Positions 8,226 through 17,466 of a stretch of DNA of 64,000 nucleotides are shown here, piece after piece. Under the pieces are notes generated by a model. It worked only from the letters and a program-made list of their open reading frames with translations, did not search any database and was not told the origin of the DNA. Source of the DNA: Candidatus Omnitrophota bacterium (GTDB lineage: Bacteria; Omnitrophota; Gorgyraeia; Gygaellales; Profunditerraquicolaceae). The translations under genes and the position numbers were made by a program. The first letter of the stretch is position 1. Each line of letters opens with the position of its first letter. The DNA is taken from positions 78,114-142,113 of the forward strand of contig JBAZJY010000004.1 of assembly GCA_041651115.1 (NCBI GenBank), written 5' to 3'.

Positions 8226-9599
8226 ATGACGGCAATGTTTAAAAAACTGATTGGATTAGTGCTGGTGGGAATATGCGGATTTGCCAGCTTGGCATTTGCG
8301 CAGGACCCTTCAGGAGCCCAAACGCTTGCCCAGAATCCGTCTGCACCGGTTGATTATGTCTGGATTCTGGTCTGCGGGTTCCTGGTGTTCTTTATGCAGG
8401 CAGGGTTTGCCATGGTTGAGGCGGGTTTTTGCCGGGCAAAGAATGCCACTAACCTGATGGCAAAGAATACCATTGATTTTGCAAGCGCGTCGCTGATTTT
8501 TATGGCTTTTGGTTTTGCGTTGATGATGGGCCAGGACTATAAAGGGCTTTTCGGCACAACCGGATGGTTTTTGCACGGCGCGAATTACGACGTCGGCAAA
8601 TATCTGATGTTTTTCTGGCAGTTAGTATTTGCCGGGACCGCGGCAACCATTGTTTCCGGCGCGATTGCCGAACGGTTGAAATTCAAGGCGTATTTCTTAT
8701 ACAGTATTGCCGTAAGCGCATTCATTTATCCTATATATGGGCATTGGGTCTGGGGCGGCGGCTGGCTTGCCAAACTTCCTTTTGGCGTAGGCCATATTGA
8801 TTTTGCCGGTTCAGGAGTTGTGCATACTATCGGCGGTTTTGTCGGCCTTGCCGGCGCGCTTGTTTTAGGCCCGAGATTCGGTAAATTCTCAAAAGACGGT
8901 AAACCAAAAGCCATACCCGGGCACAGTATCACATTAGCCGCTTTAGGCACGTTTATCTTATGGTTTGGCTGGTTTGGTTTTAATCCGGGATCTACGTTTT
9001 CCGCGCATCAATTAAGGATTGCCGTAGTTGCCGTGAACACGAACCTGGCAGCTGCAGCCGGGGCAGCCGTGGCAATTCTGGTGGTATTCATGAAAACCAA
9101 AAAATGGGACGTCGGTATGATGCTTAACGGCTGTTTGGCCGGCCTTGTGGCAGTTACAGCGCCATGCGCCTGGATTGAGGCATGGGCAGCCGTAGTTATC
9201 GGCGCGATTGCCGGTTTGTTAGTAGTTGCGAGCGTATATTTCTGGGAAGCAAGAGGAATTGACGACCCGGTTGGCGCAGTAAGCGTCCATGGTATAAACG
9301 GCGTATGGGGCCTGATCAGTGTCGGCCTTTTTGCAGACGGGACGTATGGGCTTGCTACGACCAGCGAACCGTTGGTCAAGGGTCTGTTTTACGGCGGCGG
9401 CTACGGCCAGTTGATCGCTCAAGTTATCGGAGCAGCAGTAGCTGTAACCTGGGCTTTTAGCCTCGGGTTTATCGCGTTTAAATTAATGGATAAGTATTTC
9501 GGTATCCGGGTTTCTCCTGAGGAAGAAATAAAAGGGTTGGATATTCCGGAACATGGGACCCCGGCTTATCCGAATTTTTATACTACGAATCAAGGATAA
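8226..9599 (+). CDS. amt: Ammonium transporter (Amt family) with cleavable signal peptide
   Basis: The conserved Amt block reads DYVWILVCGFLVFFMQAGFAMVEAGFCRAKN. The protein is about 454 aa with 11 TM segments. An alternative start at 8235 is possible. Confidence 0.9.
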   Translation: MTAMFKKLIGLVLVGICGFASLAFAQDPSGAQTLAQNPSAPVDYVWILVCGFLVFFMQAGFAMVEAGFCRAKNATNLMAKNTIDFASASLIFMAFGFALMMGQDYKGLFGTTGWFLHGANYDVGKYLMFFWQLVFAGTAATIVSGAIAERLKFKAYFLYSIAVSAFIYPIYGHWVWGGGWLAKLPFGVGHIDFAGSGVVHTIGGFVGLAGALVLGPRFGKFSKDGKPKAIPGHSITLAALGTFILWFGWFGFNPGSTFSAHQLRIAVVAVNTNLAAAAGAAVAILVVFMKTKKWDVGMMLNGCLAGLVAVTAPCAWIEAWAAVVIGAIAGLLVVASVYFWEARGIDDPVGAVSVHGINGVWGLISVGLFADGTYGLATTSEPLVKGLFYGGGYGQLIAQVIGAAVAVTWAFSLGFIAFKLMDKYFGIRVSPEEEIKGLDIPEHGTPAYPNFYTTNQG

Positions 9600-9614
9600 A
9601 TTGGAGGCATTGAG

Positions 9615-9953
9615 ATGAAAAAGATAGAAGCAGTTATCCGGGTAGAAAAGTTAGAAGAAGTTACGGGAGTTTTGGAAACACTGGGTTCTCCCGGCATGAT
9701 GATCACGCATATCGAAGGCCACGGCCGGCAAAAGGGCATTGTCGAGCAATTCCGCGGCAGGGAATTTAAAGTCAATTTTCTGCCGAAGATAAAAATTGAG
9801 ATCGTCGCCAACGATAAAGATGTGGATAAGATCGTAAATGCGATCTCCCAGATCGCAAAAACCGGGGAGATCGGAGACGGCAAGATCTTTATCTATCCGG
9901 TGGATAATGTAATGAGGATACGCACCGGAGAAAAAGGGGAAAGCGCCATATAA
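9615..9953 (+). CDS. glnK: Nitrogen regulatory protein P-II (GlnB/GlnK)
   Basis: The 112-aa protein begins MKKIEAVIR and carries the P-II signatures GRQKG and GDGKIF. It is adjacent to amt. Confidence 0.9.
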   Translation: MKKIEAVIRVEKLEEVTGVLETLGSPGMMITHIEGHGRQKGIVEQFRGREFKVNFLPKIKIEIVANDKDVDKIVNAISQIAKTGEIGDGKIFIYPVDNVMRIRTGEKGESAI

Positions 9954-9958
9954 AAGAA

Positions 9959-10132
9959 ATGATAGATAAGGAATTGATCGATAAGATCAGGAACCTGAAG
10001 ATAGAGAACAGATATACGTTGTATGATCTGTCCAGGAAGATTGATGTCCAGATCGGCACATTGGAAAGGTGGTTAAAGACTGGCAGGATAAACAGGTTTT
10101 ACGCAAGGGTAGTCAGGGAGAAGTTGGGCATA
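9959..10132 (+). CDS. Small ORF (57 aa) with an XRE-like helix-turn-helix; not in the supplied ORF track because it is shorter than 60 aa
   Basis: I translated it by hand: MIDKELIDKIRNLKIENRYTLYDLSRKIDVQIGTLERWLKTGRINRFYARVVREKLGI. The ...TLYDLSRKIDVQIGTLERWLKTG segment fits the helix2-turn-helix3 pattern of XRE regulators. It lies between glnK-1 and amt-2, and a weak terminator-like hairpin follows at 10143-10172. Confidence 0.25.
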
Positions 10133-10233
10133 TAAAAATAACAGGCATAGGCTGTAATGCCTGGAATTTTTTGGGATATTTTTTTATCAGTTGGCTAAAC
10201 AAGTGTGCAGTTAGCTATGAAAGGAGAGCGGGG

Positions 10234-11463
10234 ATGATAAACTCTGGGGATACGGCGTGGATTTTAATCTCATCGGCTTTGGTGCTGCTGATGACTCCGG
10301 GCTTGGCTTTTTTCTACGGAGGCATGGTAAGAAAAAAGAATATGCTTAGTATTTTGATGCAGTGTTTCATTATTATGTGCGTTTTGAGTTTGCAGTGGGT
10401 GTTGTTCGGATACAGCCTTTCTTTTGCACCGGCAAAAGGGTTTTGGGGCGGGCTTGGCTGGTTTGGTTTGAATGGTGTCGGCTTAGAGCCGTATGCGGAT
10501 TATGCGGCAACCATACCGCACCAGGCGTTTATGATCTTTCAGGCGATGTTTGCGATTATTACGCCGGCGCTGATCATCGGAGCGTTTGCAGAAAGAATGA
10601 AATTTTCCGCGTTCCTTGTTTTTACGCTCCTCTGGGCGACATTTGTCTACGACCCGCTTTGCCACTGGGTCTGGGGTATTGGTGGTTTCCTAAGGAATAT
10701 GGGCGCGCTTGACTTTGCCGGCGGAACCGTAGTCCATATCAACGCGGGTATTGCCGCTTTGGTTACGGCTATCGTTATCGGCAGGAGAAAGAATCTTGAT
10801 TCAAATGCGCCGCATCCGCACAATCTTCCGTTTGTGGTTTTAGGCACTGGCCTGCTCTGGTTCGGTTGGTTTGGTTTTAATGCCGGAAGCGCTTTAGCAG
10901 CTAACGGCCTGGCAGTTAATGCCTTTGTGGTAACTAACACCGCTGCTGCAGCTGCGGGTTTGAGCTGGGCGCTGATTGAATGGATGCGTAACGGCAAACC
11001 CACGATATTCGGCACTGCTTCCGGCGTAGTAGCCGGCTTGGTGGCGATCACTCCCGCTGCCGGGTATGTGAATGTAATTTCTGCAATAATCATCGGTTTG
11101 TTGGTCAGCGTATTTTGTTTTTTTGCCGTGAGCGTGCTCAAGCCGAAATTAGGTTATGATGATTCACTGGATGCCTTTGGCGTGCATTGCGTAGGCGGTA
11201 TATGGGGCGCGCTGGCAACAGGTCTGTTTGCTTCCAAGGCAGTCAACGCTGCCGGAGCAGACGGCTTGTTTTTCGGCAATCCCAAGCAGCTGTTTGTGCA
11301 GCTGGCAACGGTCTTGATAACTATCGGGTATACGTTAATAGTAACGCTTATTATTTATAAATTCGTTGACCTGTTTATAGGCGTGCGTGTTGGTGAAAAA
11401 GAAGAATTGATGGGTCTTGATCTTACGCAGCACCGCGAACAGGCATATACTGTATTGGAATAA
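10234..11463 (+). CDS. amt: Ammonium transporter (Amt family), second copy, no signal peptide
   Basis: Amt signatures are present: DTAWILISSALVLLMTPGLAFFYGGMVRKKN and a twin-His-containing core. An RBS, AAGGAGAG, precedes the ATG at 10234. The 10069 upstream extension was rejected. Confidence 0.85.
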   Translation: MINSGDTAWILISSALVLLMTPGLAFFYGGMVRKKNMLSILMQCFIIMCVLSLQWVLFGYSLSFAPAKGFWGGLGWFGLNGVGLEPYADYAATIPHQAFMIFQAMFAIITPALIIGAFAERMKFSAFLVFTLLWATFVYDPLCHWVWGIGGFLRNMGALDFAGGTVVHINAGIAALVTAIVIGRRKNLDSNAPHPHNLPFVVLGTGLLWFGWFGFNAGSALAANGLAVNAFVVTNTAAAAAGLSWALIEWMRNGKPTIFGTASGVVAGLVAITPAAGYVNVISAIIIGLLVSVFCFFAVSVLKPKLGYDDSLDAFGVHCVGGIWGALATGLFASKAVNAAGADGLFFGNPKQLFVQLATVLITIGYTLIVTLIIYKFVDLFIGVRVGEKEELMGLDLTQHREQAYTVLE

Positions 11464-11562
11464 TTAACACCCAAACCAATCGGCACCTTGCCCTAAAGGA
11501 TGGGCAAGTGTCGCTTGCTGCTGGAATGGTTTGGTGCGCGCTTACTGCGCAGGGAGGAACTT

Positions 11563-11904
11563 ATGAAATTGATTATCGCGATCATCCAGCCCTATAAGCT
11601 GGAAGAAGTAAAAGCAGAACTTTATAAGGCAGACGTTAATTTAATCACGGTCAGCGAGGTGCTTGGCCACGGCCGCCAGATGGGGGTTACGGAAATTTAC
11701 CGCGGGGCAAAAGAAACCGGTAACCTTTTAAGAAAAATGCGGCTGGAGATCGCCGTAAACGACAACTTTGTTGCGCCCACAGTCAAGGCGATCATTAAAG
11801 GGGCAAAGACCGGCGAAACCGGAGACGGGAAGATCTTTGTATTGCCGCTGGAAGAGTGCGTGCGCATACGCACGGAAGAAAAAGGATCGTCGGCAATAGG
11901 TTAA
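11563..11904 (+). CDS. glnK: Nitrogen regulatory protein P-II, second copy
   Basis: The protein begins [17 protein letters not shown] and carries GRQMG and GDGKIF. An RBS, AGGGAGG, lies upstream. The ORF-track start at 11500 was rejected. Confidence 0.85.
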   Translation: MKLIIAIIQPYKLEEVKAELYKADVNLITVSEVLGHGRQMGVTEIYRGAKETGNLLRKMRLEIAVNDNFVAPTVKAIIKGAKTGETGDGKIFVLPLEECVRIRTEEKGSSAIG

Positions 11905-12737
11905 AACGATTTGATGTAACGGACCACTTCTTCGGTGATCCACTGCGGAGTTGAGGCGCCGGCAGTAATTCCTACTTTTTGGGCGTTTTTAAACCATACA
12001 GGACGGATCTCTTTCTTTGAGCGTATCCGATAGGTGCGTTTATTCAACGCTTTGGATATTTCAAATAATCTGCGCGTGTTAGCGCTTGTCTTTGATCCGA
12101 TGATGATCATTACGTCGTTTTCCAGGGGCATGCTCCGGATCTCTTCCTGTTTTATCCTTGTCGGCCGGCAGATGGTATTGAAAAATTTTATTTCTTTGAT
12201 ATGGCGTTTTAATTCTTTAACTACAGGCAGGACTTTTTCCAGATTTTGCGTTGATTGAGACAATACAGCCGCCTGTTTTATGCCTTTGATCCGTTCCAGG
12301 GGTATTTTTCCGGACGCTTCGATCACCAGCGCCTTATTTTTTAACTGTCCAATAATCCCCTGGACTTCATCATGTTTGCGGTCTCCAATAATAATTATTT
12401 TATAACCTGCTTGTTCCATCTCTAAAGCAATACGGTGTATTTCTTTTACCATCGGGCAGCTGGCGTCAACAACGTCATAGCCCAGCGCTTTAGCCTTTTT
12501 AATAGTCGCGCTGCCTGTGCCGTGGGCGCGAATAAGCAGGATACTGCCCTTACCTCTGACAAGGCGGGAGATCTTTCGTATACCGGCCTTGCGGGTTTCC
12601 TTGATCACGTCTTCGTTATGCACTATATCGCCCAGCATAAGTACTCTTGAGCTTGACTTTGCTGTTTTAAGGGCGATATCCAGGGCCCTTTTTACGCCGA
12701 AGCAGAAACCCGCTGATTTAGCCAGATTAACTTTCAT
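11901..12737 (-). CDS. ispH: 4-hydroxy-3-methylbut-2-enyl diphosphate reductase (IspH/LytB)
   Basis: The N-terminus reads [13 protein letters not shown]. The protein is 278 aa and has conserved Cys residues matching the LytB family. Confidence 0.85.
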   Translation of the reverse strand: MKVNLAKSAGFCFGVKRALDIALKTAKSSSRVLMLGDIVHNEDVIKETRKAGIRKISRLVRGKGSILLIRAHGTGSATIKKAKALGYDVVDASCPMVKEIHRIALEMEQAGYKIIIIGDRKHDEVQGIIGQLKNKALVIEASGKIPLERIKGIKQAAVLSQSTQNLEKVLPVVKELKRHIKEIKFFNTICRPTRIKQEEIRSMPLENDVMIIIGSKTSANTRRLFEISKALNKRTYRIRSKKEIRPVWFKNAQKVGITAGASTPQWITEEVVRYIKSF

Positions 12738-12814
12738 AGTTATATTCTACACCAAAAAATTTAGATTGCAAATAGAGGAGATTGCAATAGAATAATGCAG
12801 GGAGGTGAAAAGGT

Positions 12815-13693
12815 ATGAGGATAATTTTTATTTTATTGGTAATAATCTTTCTTTGTTCAGGCAGCTGTCTGGCGCTGGACTGGAAAAACCTGCATGAAAG
12901 AGCGGATAAGACCAGCGTCGAAGAATCAGTGCCGGCCGTAGAAAATGATCCCGGCTCAATTGACAGCCTGTATTTACTGGGGCTGGTCTATCTTAATGCC
13001 CATAGGGACATAGAGGCAAGGGAGGCCTTTGGCAGGATGTTGGAGATCTCTCCCCAGGAGGTTGCCGCGAAATGGGGAATAGCCGAGGTTTTGCGCAGGC
13101 AGCATAAGCCGGACGAAAGCGAAGGCATACTCGATGAGATCATTATTTTAAGCCCCGGGTTTGCGCCGGCCTTAATCACTAAAGCATATATAAGGTACAC
13201 GAAATTTGATTTTGACGCAGCGATCAGATACAGCCAAAGGGCAATAAATTTAGGCAGCAGTAAAGTTGACCTGACTAATTATGTGCGCGCCAACTTGATG
13301 ATCGCGGGAGCAAAGGGCATGCTTGCCCATTACGGCGGGATATTCTCCAAGGTCATTGACGGCACCGGGGTATTCCCCAGGCTCAAGAAAGCAGAATCAA
13401 TGCAGCCGGAATCTGCGGCGGTATTATTCGGGGTAGGCAGTTTTTACCTTTTAGCTCCGAAATTCGCCGGCGGCGGGAATATGGATAAAGCAATAGAATA
13501 CCTGGAAAGGGCAGTTGCAGCCGACCCGCTTTTTGCCAATATTTATGTACGCTTGGCCCAGGCCTATAAAATAAAAGGTGACACTGACAAATACAACGCC
13601 CTGCTTAACAAAGCGCTGGAGATCGATCCGGGAAATGAACTTGCTAATGACATAAAAAGCGGCACCTGCAGGTTTATCTGCGTTCCCGGATGA
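12815..13693 (+). CDS. Secreted tetratricopeptide-repeat protein
   Basis: A signal peptide is present. TPR-like helical repeats recur, for example LYLLGLVYLN and YVRLAQAYKIKGD. Confidence 0.6.
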   Translation: MRIIFILLVIIFLCSGSCLALDWKNLHERADKTSVEESVPAVENDPGSIDSLYLLGLVYLNAHRDIEAREAFGRMLEISPQEVAAKWGIAEVLRRQHKPDESEGILDEIIILSPGFAPALITKAYIRYTKFDFDAAIRYSQRAINLGSSKVDLTNYVRANLMIAGAKGMLAHYGGIFSKVIDGTGVFPRLKKAESMQPESAAVLFGVGSFYLLAPKFAGGGNMDKAIEYLERAVAADPLFANIYVRLAQAYKIKGDTDKYNALLNKALEIDPGNELANDIKSGTCRFICVPG

Positions 13694-13696
13694 TTT

Positions 13697-14734
13697 TTAG
13701 GCAAGGATCTTGCGGGAATAATCAGCAAGCGAATTTTTATATTGCGGACGCATTTTTGAGCGGCTGATCAAGGCAAGCGACTTTTGAAGAAAGCGGGAGA
13801 TTTCTTTTTCCGCGAAATCCCGGCTGCCGGAAATGCTAATGATGCGCCGCATCGTCAACAGATCCGGGCGGCCGATACTCTTTTTTGACAGGATCCGTTT
13901 GATTGCCGCGCGGCCTTTCTTGGAAGAATTGCGCCAGGCATACCAGATCAAGATCGTTTTTTTTGCCTCTTGCAGGTCGGCGAGCGCGGATTTACCGGTT
14001 TCCCTTTCTTCTTCAAATATCCCCAGTATATCGTCCTTAATTTGAAAGGCATTACCCAGATACGCGCCATATTCTGAGATTATATCAATTTCTTCTTGAG
14101 GCGCTCCGGCAAGTATCGCGCCGATCGATAACGGGCAGGCAAAGGTATAATACGCCGTTTTAAAGCCGTAGATCTTATAAATGTCCTCCATTGATACGGC
14201 TTCTATATTTTTTATTCCTGCCAACAATTCGATAAATTCCCCGCTTCCGGTATACATGGCAGCTTCAATGAATTTTTTCAGCGCCCTTTCCTTACGGCAG
14301 GGATTTTCTTTTATGGAGAGGAATGTGTCGATAGCCATGGCGTACATTACGTCTCCGGCTACGATCGCCAGGTCCTGGCCGTTGAATTTTAGGTTTTTAT
14401 ATCCTCTTAGGTAATTGTTGAGCATTTTATGGAAAGAGGGTTTACCGCGGCGGGTATCGGATTTATCGATAATATCATCATGAATAAGCATGAAATCGTG
14501 CAACAATTCTATTGATAGCGCGCTGCGGTAAAGGCCGGCCGCTTCTTTTTTGGCAAAGCCGAGGTAGCCGGCGACAAATAAGACCGGCCGCGCCCTTTTG
14601 CCTTCGCGGGTGATGAAATTCTTTATATTTTTGGTAAGCAGGGGGGATATGCTGTTTAGCGCGTAAGTTTCGCCAAGGCCGGCAGAAAATATGCGCAGTT
14701 CGCGGTCGATCTTCTTTTTTATTTTATCGAACAT
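13697..14734 (-). CDS. Polyprenyl diphosphate synthase (trans-isoprenyl diphosphate synthase family)
   Basis: The first DDxxD motif reads LIHDDIIDKSDTRRGKPS and the second reads GNAFQIKDDILG. The start at 14734 (MFDKIKKK) is uncertain. Confidence 0.8.
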   Translation of the reverse strand: MFDKIKKKIDRELRIFSAGLGETYALNSISPLLTKNIKNFITREGKRARPVLFVAGYLGFAKKEAAGLYRSALSIELLHDFMLIHDDIIDKSDTRRGKPSFHKMLNNYLRGYKNLKFNGQDLAIVAGDVMYAMAIDTFLSIKENPCRKERALKKFIEAAMYTGSGEFIELLAGIKNIEAVSMEDIYKIYGFKTAYYTFACPLSIGAILAGAPQEEIDIISEYGAYLGNAFQIKDDILGIFEEERETGKSALADLQEAKKTILIWYAWRNSSKKGRAAIKRILSKKSIGRPDLLTMRRIISISGSRDFAEKEISRFLQKSLALISRSKMRPQYKNSLADYSRKILA

Positions 14735-14788
14735 ATTTTTATGATAACATAGAAGGAGTTTCAATACAAACATATTTGCGGAGGCTAA

Positions 14789-15706
14789 ATGGGACAAGCC
14801 TGCCTAAGGCAAGCCGGCATGCCGGAATACGCCGCGGCCATGCGTTTACCGTTTCTCAGCGCGAGCGTGCTTCCGTTCATTTTTGGATCATTGGTCAGCC
14901 GGCGCGATTTTAATATTCCCGCTTTTTTGCTGGGGTTAGCCTGCGTTATTTTTACCCACCTTGGTTCCAACCTTATCAATGATTATGCCGATTCAAAGTC
15001 AGGCGTTGACTGGCAGGATTTAAAGCCGTATAAATTTTTCGGCGGATCAAAATTTATCCAGTCAGGGTTGATCGGAGAAAGATTTTATTTCCGCGCGGCA
15101 GCCATTTGTTTTATTTTGGCGCTTTGCTGCTGCCTTGCACTGTCAGTCGCTATTAACAGGCCGGTTACGGTATTGTATTATCTGGCCGTTATGGTTTTAG
15201 GCTGGTCATATTCCCATAAACCGCTTAAGCTGTCTTACCGCCGGTTAGGCGAACCGGCGGTCTTCCTGTTATTCGGGCCTAGCCTGGTAATGGGCGGGTA
15301 TTTTATCCAAACCGGTATTTTCCCCGACGCAAAAAGCCTGTTATTATCCTTGCCTATGGGGTTTCTTACGGCAGGGATCCTCTTTGCCAATGAAATACCC
15401 GATTTTCCCGACGATAAAAAATGCGGCAAGATGAACTGGGTGTCCTTTTCAGGGCCGGAGAAGGCCTATGTCATATACCTGGTTTTGATGGCTTGCGCAT
15501 TCGGCGCCATCGGCATTAATTTAGCCGCGGGATTTTTAGGCAAAGCAGCGTATTTTTCTTTTATATTTATACTGCCGGCAATAAAGGCCGCGGCAGTCTT
15601 GCGGGGCCATTACCGCGAAAAAGAAGAACTGGTTATTTCTTCAAAATTGACGATCCTTGTGCATGCGCTGGTAAGCCTGGCGTTAACCGCGGGGGTATTT
15701 TACTGA
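14789..15706 (+). CDS. UbiA-family aromatic prenyltransferase (MenA-like 1,4-dihydroxy-2-naphthoate polyprenyltransferase)
   Basis: NDYADSKSGVD is a UbiA/MenA Asp-rich motif. About 8 TM helices are present. The gene is divergent from the polyprenyl synthase. An RBS, GGAGG, lies upstream. Confidence 0.7.
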   Translation: MGQACLRQAGMPEYAAAMRLPFLSASVLPFIFGSLVSRRDFNIPAFLLGLACVIFTHLGSNLINDYADSKSGVDWQDLKPYKFFGGSKFIQSGLIGERFYFRAAAICFILALCCCLALSVAINRPVTVLYYLAVMVLGWSYSHKPLKLSYRRLGEPAVFLLFGPSLVMGGYFIQTGIFPDAKSLLLSLPMGFLTAGILFANEIPDFPDDKKCGKMNWVSFSGPEKAYVIYLVLMACAFGAIGINLAAGFLGKAAYFSFIFILPAIKAAAVLRGHYREKEELVISSKLTILVHALVSLALTAGVFY

Positions 15707-15707
15707 A

Positions 15708-16835
15708 ATGAAAAAAAAGATAGTGATAATCGGATGCGGTTTTGCCGGGTCCACTGCCGCGAAAATCCTCTCCCGCTTTAAGAAAGAAGCAGAGGTTATC
15801 GTAATTGATAAGCGCCAAACTTTTGATTTTCTTCCGACCATTCCGGATATAATCGGCAGGAACATCCCGCCGCAGTCTCTAACGTATCCAATTGCGAAGT
15901 TAGCCGAGGGCTTGAAATTTGATTTTATCAATGAAGAAGTTAAGGGTATTGATTTATCCGTTAATACGGTTACTACCATGCGGCAAAATTTTAACTACGA
16001 TTACCTGCTGATTGCCAGCGGTTCGGAAACCAACTTTTACGGCAATGGCGAAATAGGCAAAGTCGCATACAGGTTGGATAGTGTTGCGGCTGCCACGGCA
16101 ATACTTGAAGCTTTACGCGGAAAAAAATTTGATTCCTGCGTTGTCGCAGGCGGCGGCTATACCGGCATTGAGATCGCTTCCGGCCTGAGAATGCATTTTC
16201 ATCGTAATGCATTGCATAAAAAGATCACCATTGTTGAGCGCGCGGGTTCCATACTTGGGCCGCTGCCGGAATGGATGAAGGCGTATACTGCGCATAATCT
16301 TAGAAATAACCTAGGTGTCAATATTATTACGGATACGGTGGTAGATAAAGCTGCGGATGGAAAAGTCATTTTTTCCGATGGCAGGGTATTTGAAAACACT
16401 ATGCTGATCTGGGTTGCCGGGGTGAAAACCGCTGATTTTATCAGCGGTATCGGCCTGGAAAAGAATGCTCAAGGCCGGCTGAAGGTGGATGAATATATGA
16501 AGATCAGGGATAATTGCTTTGTTGCCGGGGATTGCGCCAATGTAGAGCACCGGGGTAATTTCTTAAGAATGGCAGTGCAGTTTTCTATCTACGGTTCTGT
16601 TTTTGCCGCAGGCAATATTATCAGGAGCATCCGCGGACAAGAGCTGCGCAAATACCGGCCGATTGATGTCGGCTATATCATCCCCATGGCTAATAACCGT
16701 TCCTGCGGCCAGGTATTGGGCATAAACGTAAAGGGGAATGCGGCAACGGCACTGCATTTTATGATGTGCATTTACCGTTCGCAAGGGATAAAGAATAAGT
16801 TAGGATTGACAGGTGATTTATTAATGACCCGTTAA
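15708..16835 (+). CDS. FAD/NAD(P)-binding pyridine-nucleotide-disulfide family oxidoreductase (NDH-2-like or SQR-like)
   Basis: The N-terminal Rossmann motif is VIIGCGFAGSTAA and a second GxGxxG is VAGGGYTGIE. The protein is 375 aa. Confidence 0.7.
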   Translation: MKKKIVIIGCGFAGSTAAKILSRFKKEAEVIVIDKRQTFDFLPTIPDIIGRNIPPQSLTYPIAKLAEGLKFDFINEEVKGIDLSVNTVTTMRQNFNYDYLLIASGSETNFYGNGEIGKVAYRLDSVAAATAILEALRGKKFDSCVVAGGGYTGIEIASGLRMHFHRNALHKKITIVERAGSILGPLPEWMKAYTAHNLRNNLGVNIITDTVVDKAADGKVIFSDGRVFENTMLIWVAGVKTADFISGIGLEKNAQGRLKVDEYMKIRDNCFVAGDCANVEHRGNFLRMAVQFSIYGSVFAAGNIIRSIRGQELRKYRPIDVGYIIPMANNRSCGQVLGINVKGNAATALHFMMCIYRSQGIKNKLGLTGDLLMTR

Positions 16836-16851
16836 CATAAGGAGGGGGGAA

Positions 16852-17247
16852 ATGGTTGACTTGGCGGTATTGGTTTTAAGGCTTGGCTTGGGGGTAATGT
16901 TTGCCGCGCACGGCCTGCAGAAAGCCTTTGGTATGTTCGGCGGCCCGGGCATCAGCGGTTTTTCCGGTTTTCTCTCGCAGTTAGGCTTTCCCGCGCCGCT
17001 TGTTTGGGCATATGTTGCTGCCTATACCGAGCTTATCGGCGGGTTATTGCTGGTTCTCGGGATCTCGGTAAGAGTTTCAGCTTCCTTTTTGCTTGTGCTT
17101 ATTGCCGTAGCTACCTATAAAGTCCATTTGAGCAAAGGGTTTTTTATGCAGTCCGGAGGGATTGAATATAACCTTATTATTGCCTGTGCTTGCATGGCCC
17201 TGATCCTGATCGGCCCCGGTAAGCTCAGTCTCTTTAATAAATTTTAA
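16852..17247 (+). CDS. DoxX-family membrane protein
   Basis: VLRLGLGVMFAAHGLQK is the DoxX signature. The 131-aa protein has 4 TM segments. Confidence 0.7.
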   Translation: MVDLAVLVLRLGLGVMFAAHGLQKAFGMFGGPGISGFSGFLSQLGFPAPLVWAYVAAYTELIGGLLLVLGISVRVSASFLLVLIAVATYKVHLSKGFFMQSGGIEYNLIIACACMALILIGPGKLSLFNKF

Positions 17248-17346
17248 AAAAGGGTTACCAAACCGGGTATTTTTTTACTTGTATATGTAGGTGCATAAAA
17301 TTTAGGCACGCAGCAGTGCTTATTGTTTGAGGGAAGCGAACATTGA

Positions 17347-17391
17347 CGTTCAGGAAGGCCTCCTGTTGGAGGCTGGAATGAACGTTTTTTT
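17347..17391 (+). terminator. Rho-independent terminator after doxX
   Basis: CGTTCA-GGAAGGCCTCC-tgtt-GGAGGCTGG-AATGAACG followed by TTTTTTT. Confidence 0.7.
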
Positions 17392-17466
17392 GTTTATAAA
17401 TGCGGCATTCATAGTATAATAGGTAAAATAGCTCAAAAATATCAAACTATCTATTGGGAGGGATTT

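Noticed and set aside
10362-11141. ORFs 10362..10712 (+) and 10647..11141 (-) inside amt-2
   Set aside because: They are alternative-frame and antisense ORFs within a strongly supported Amt gene. The minus-strand product is a P/A/T-rich low-complexity sequence.
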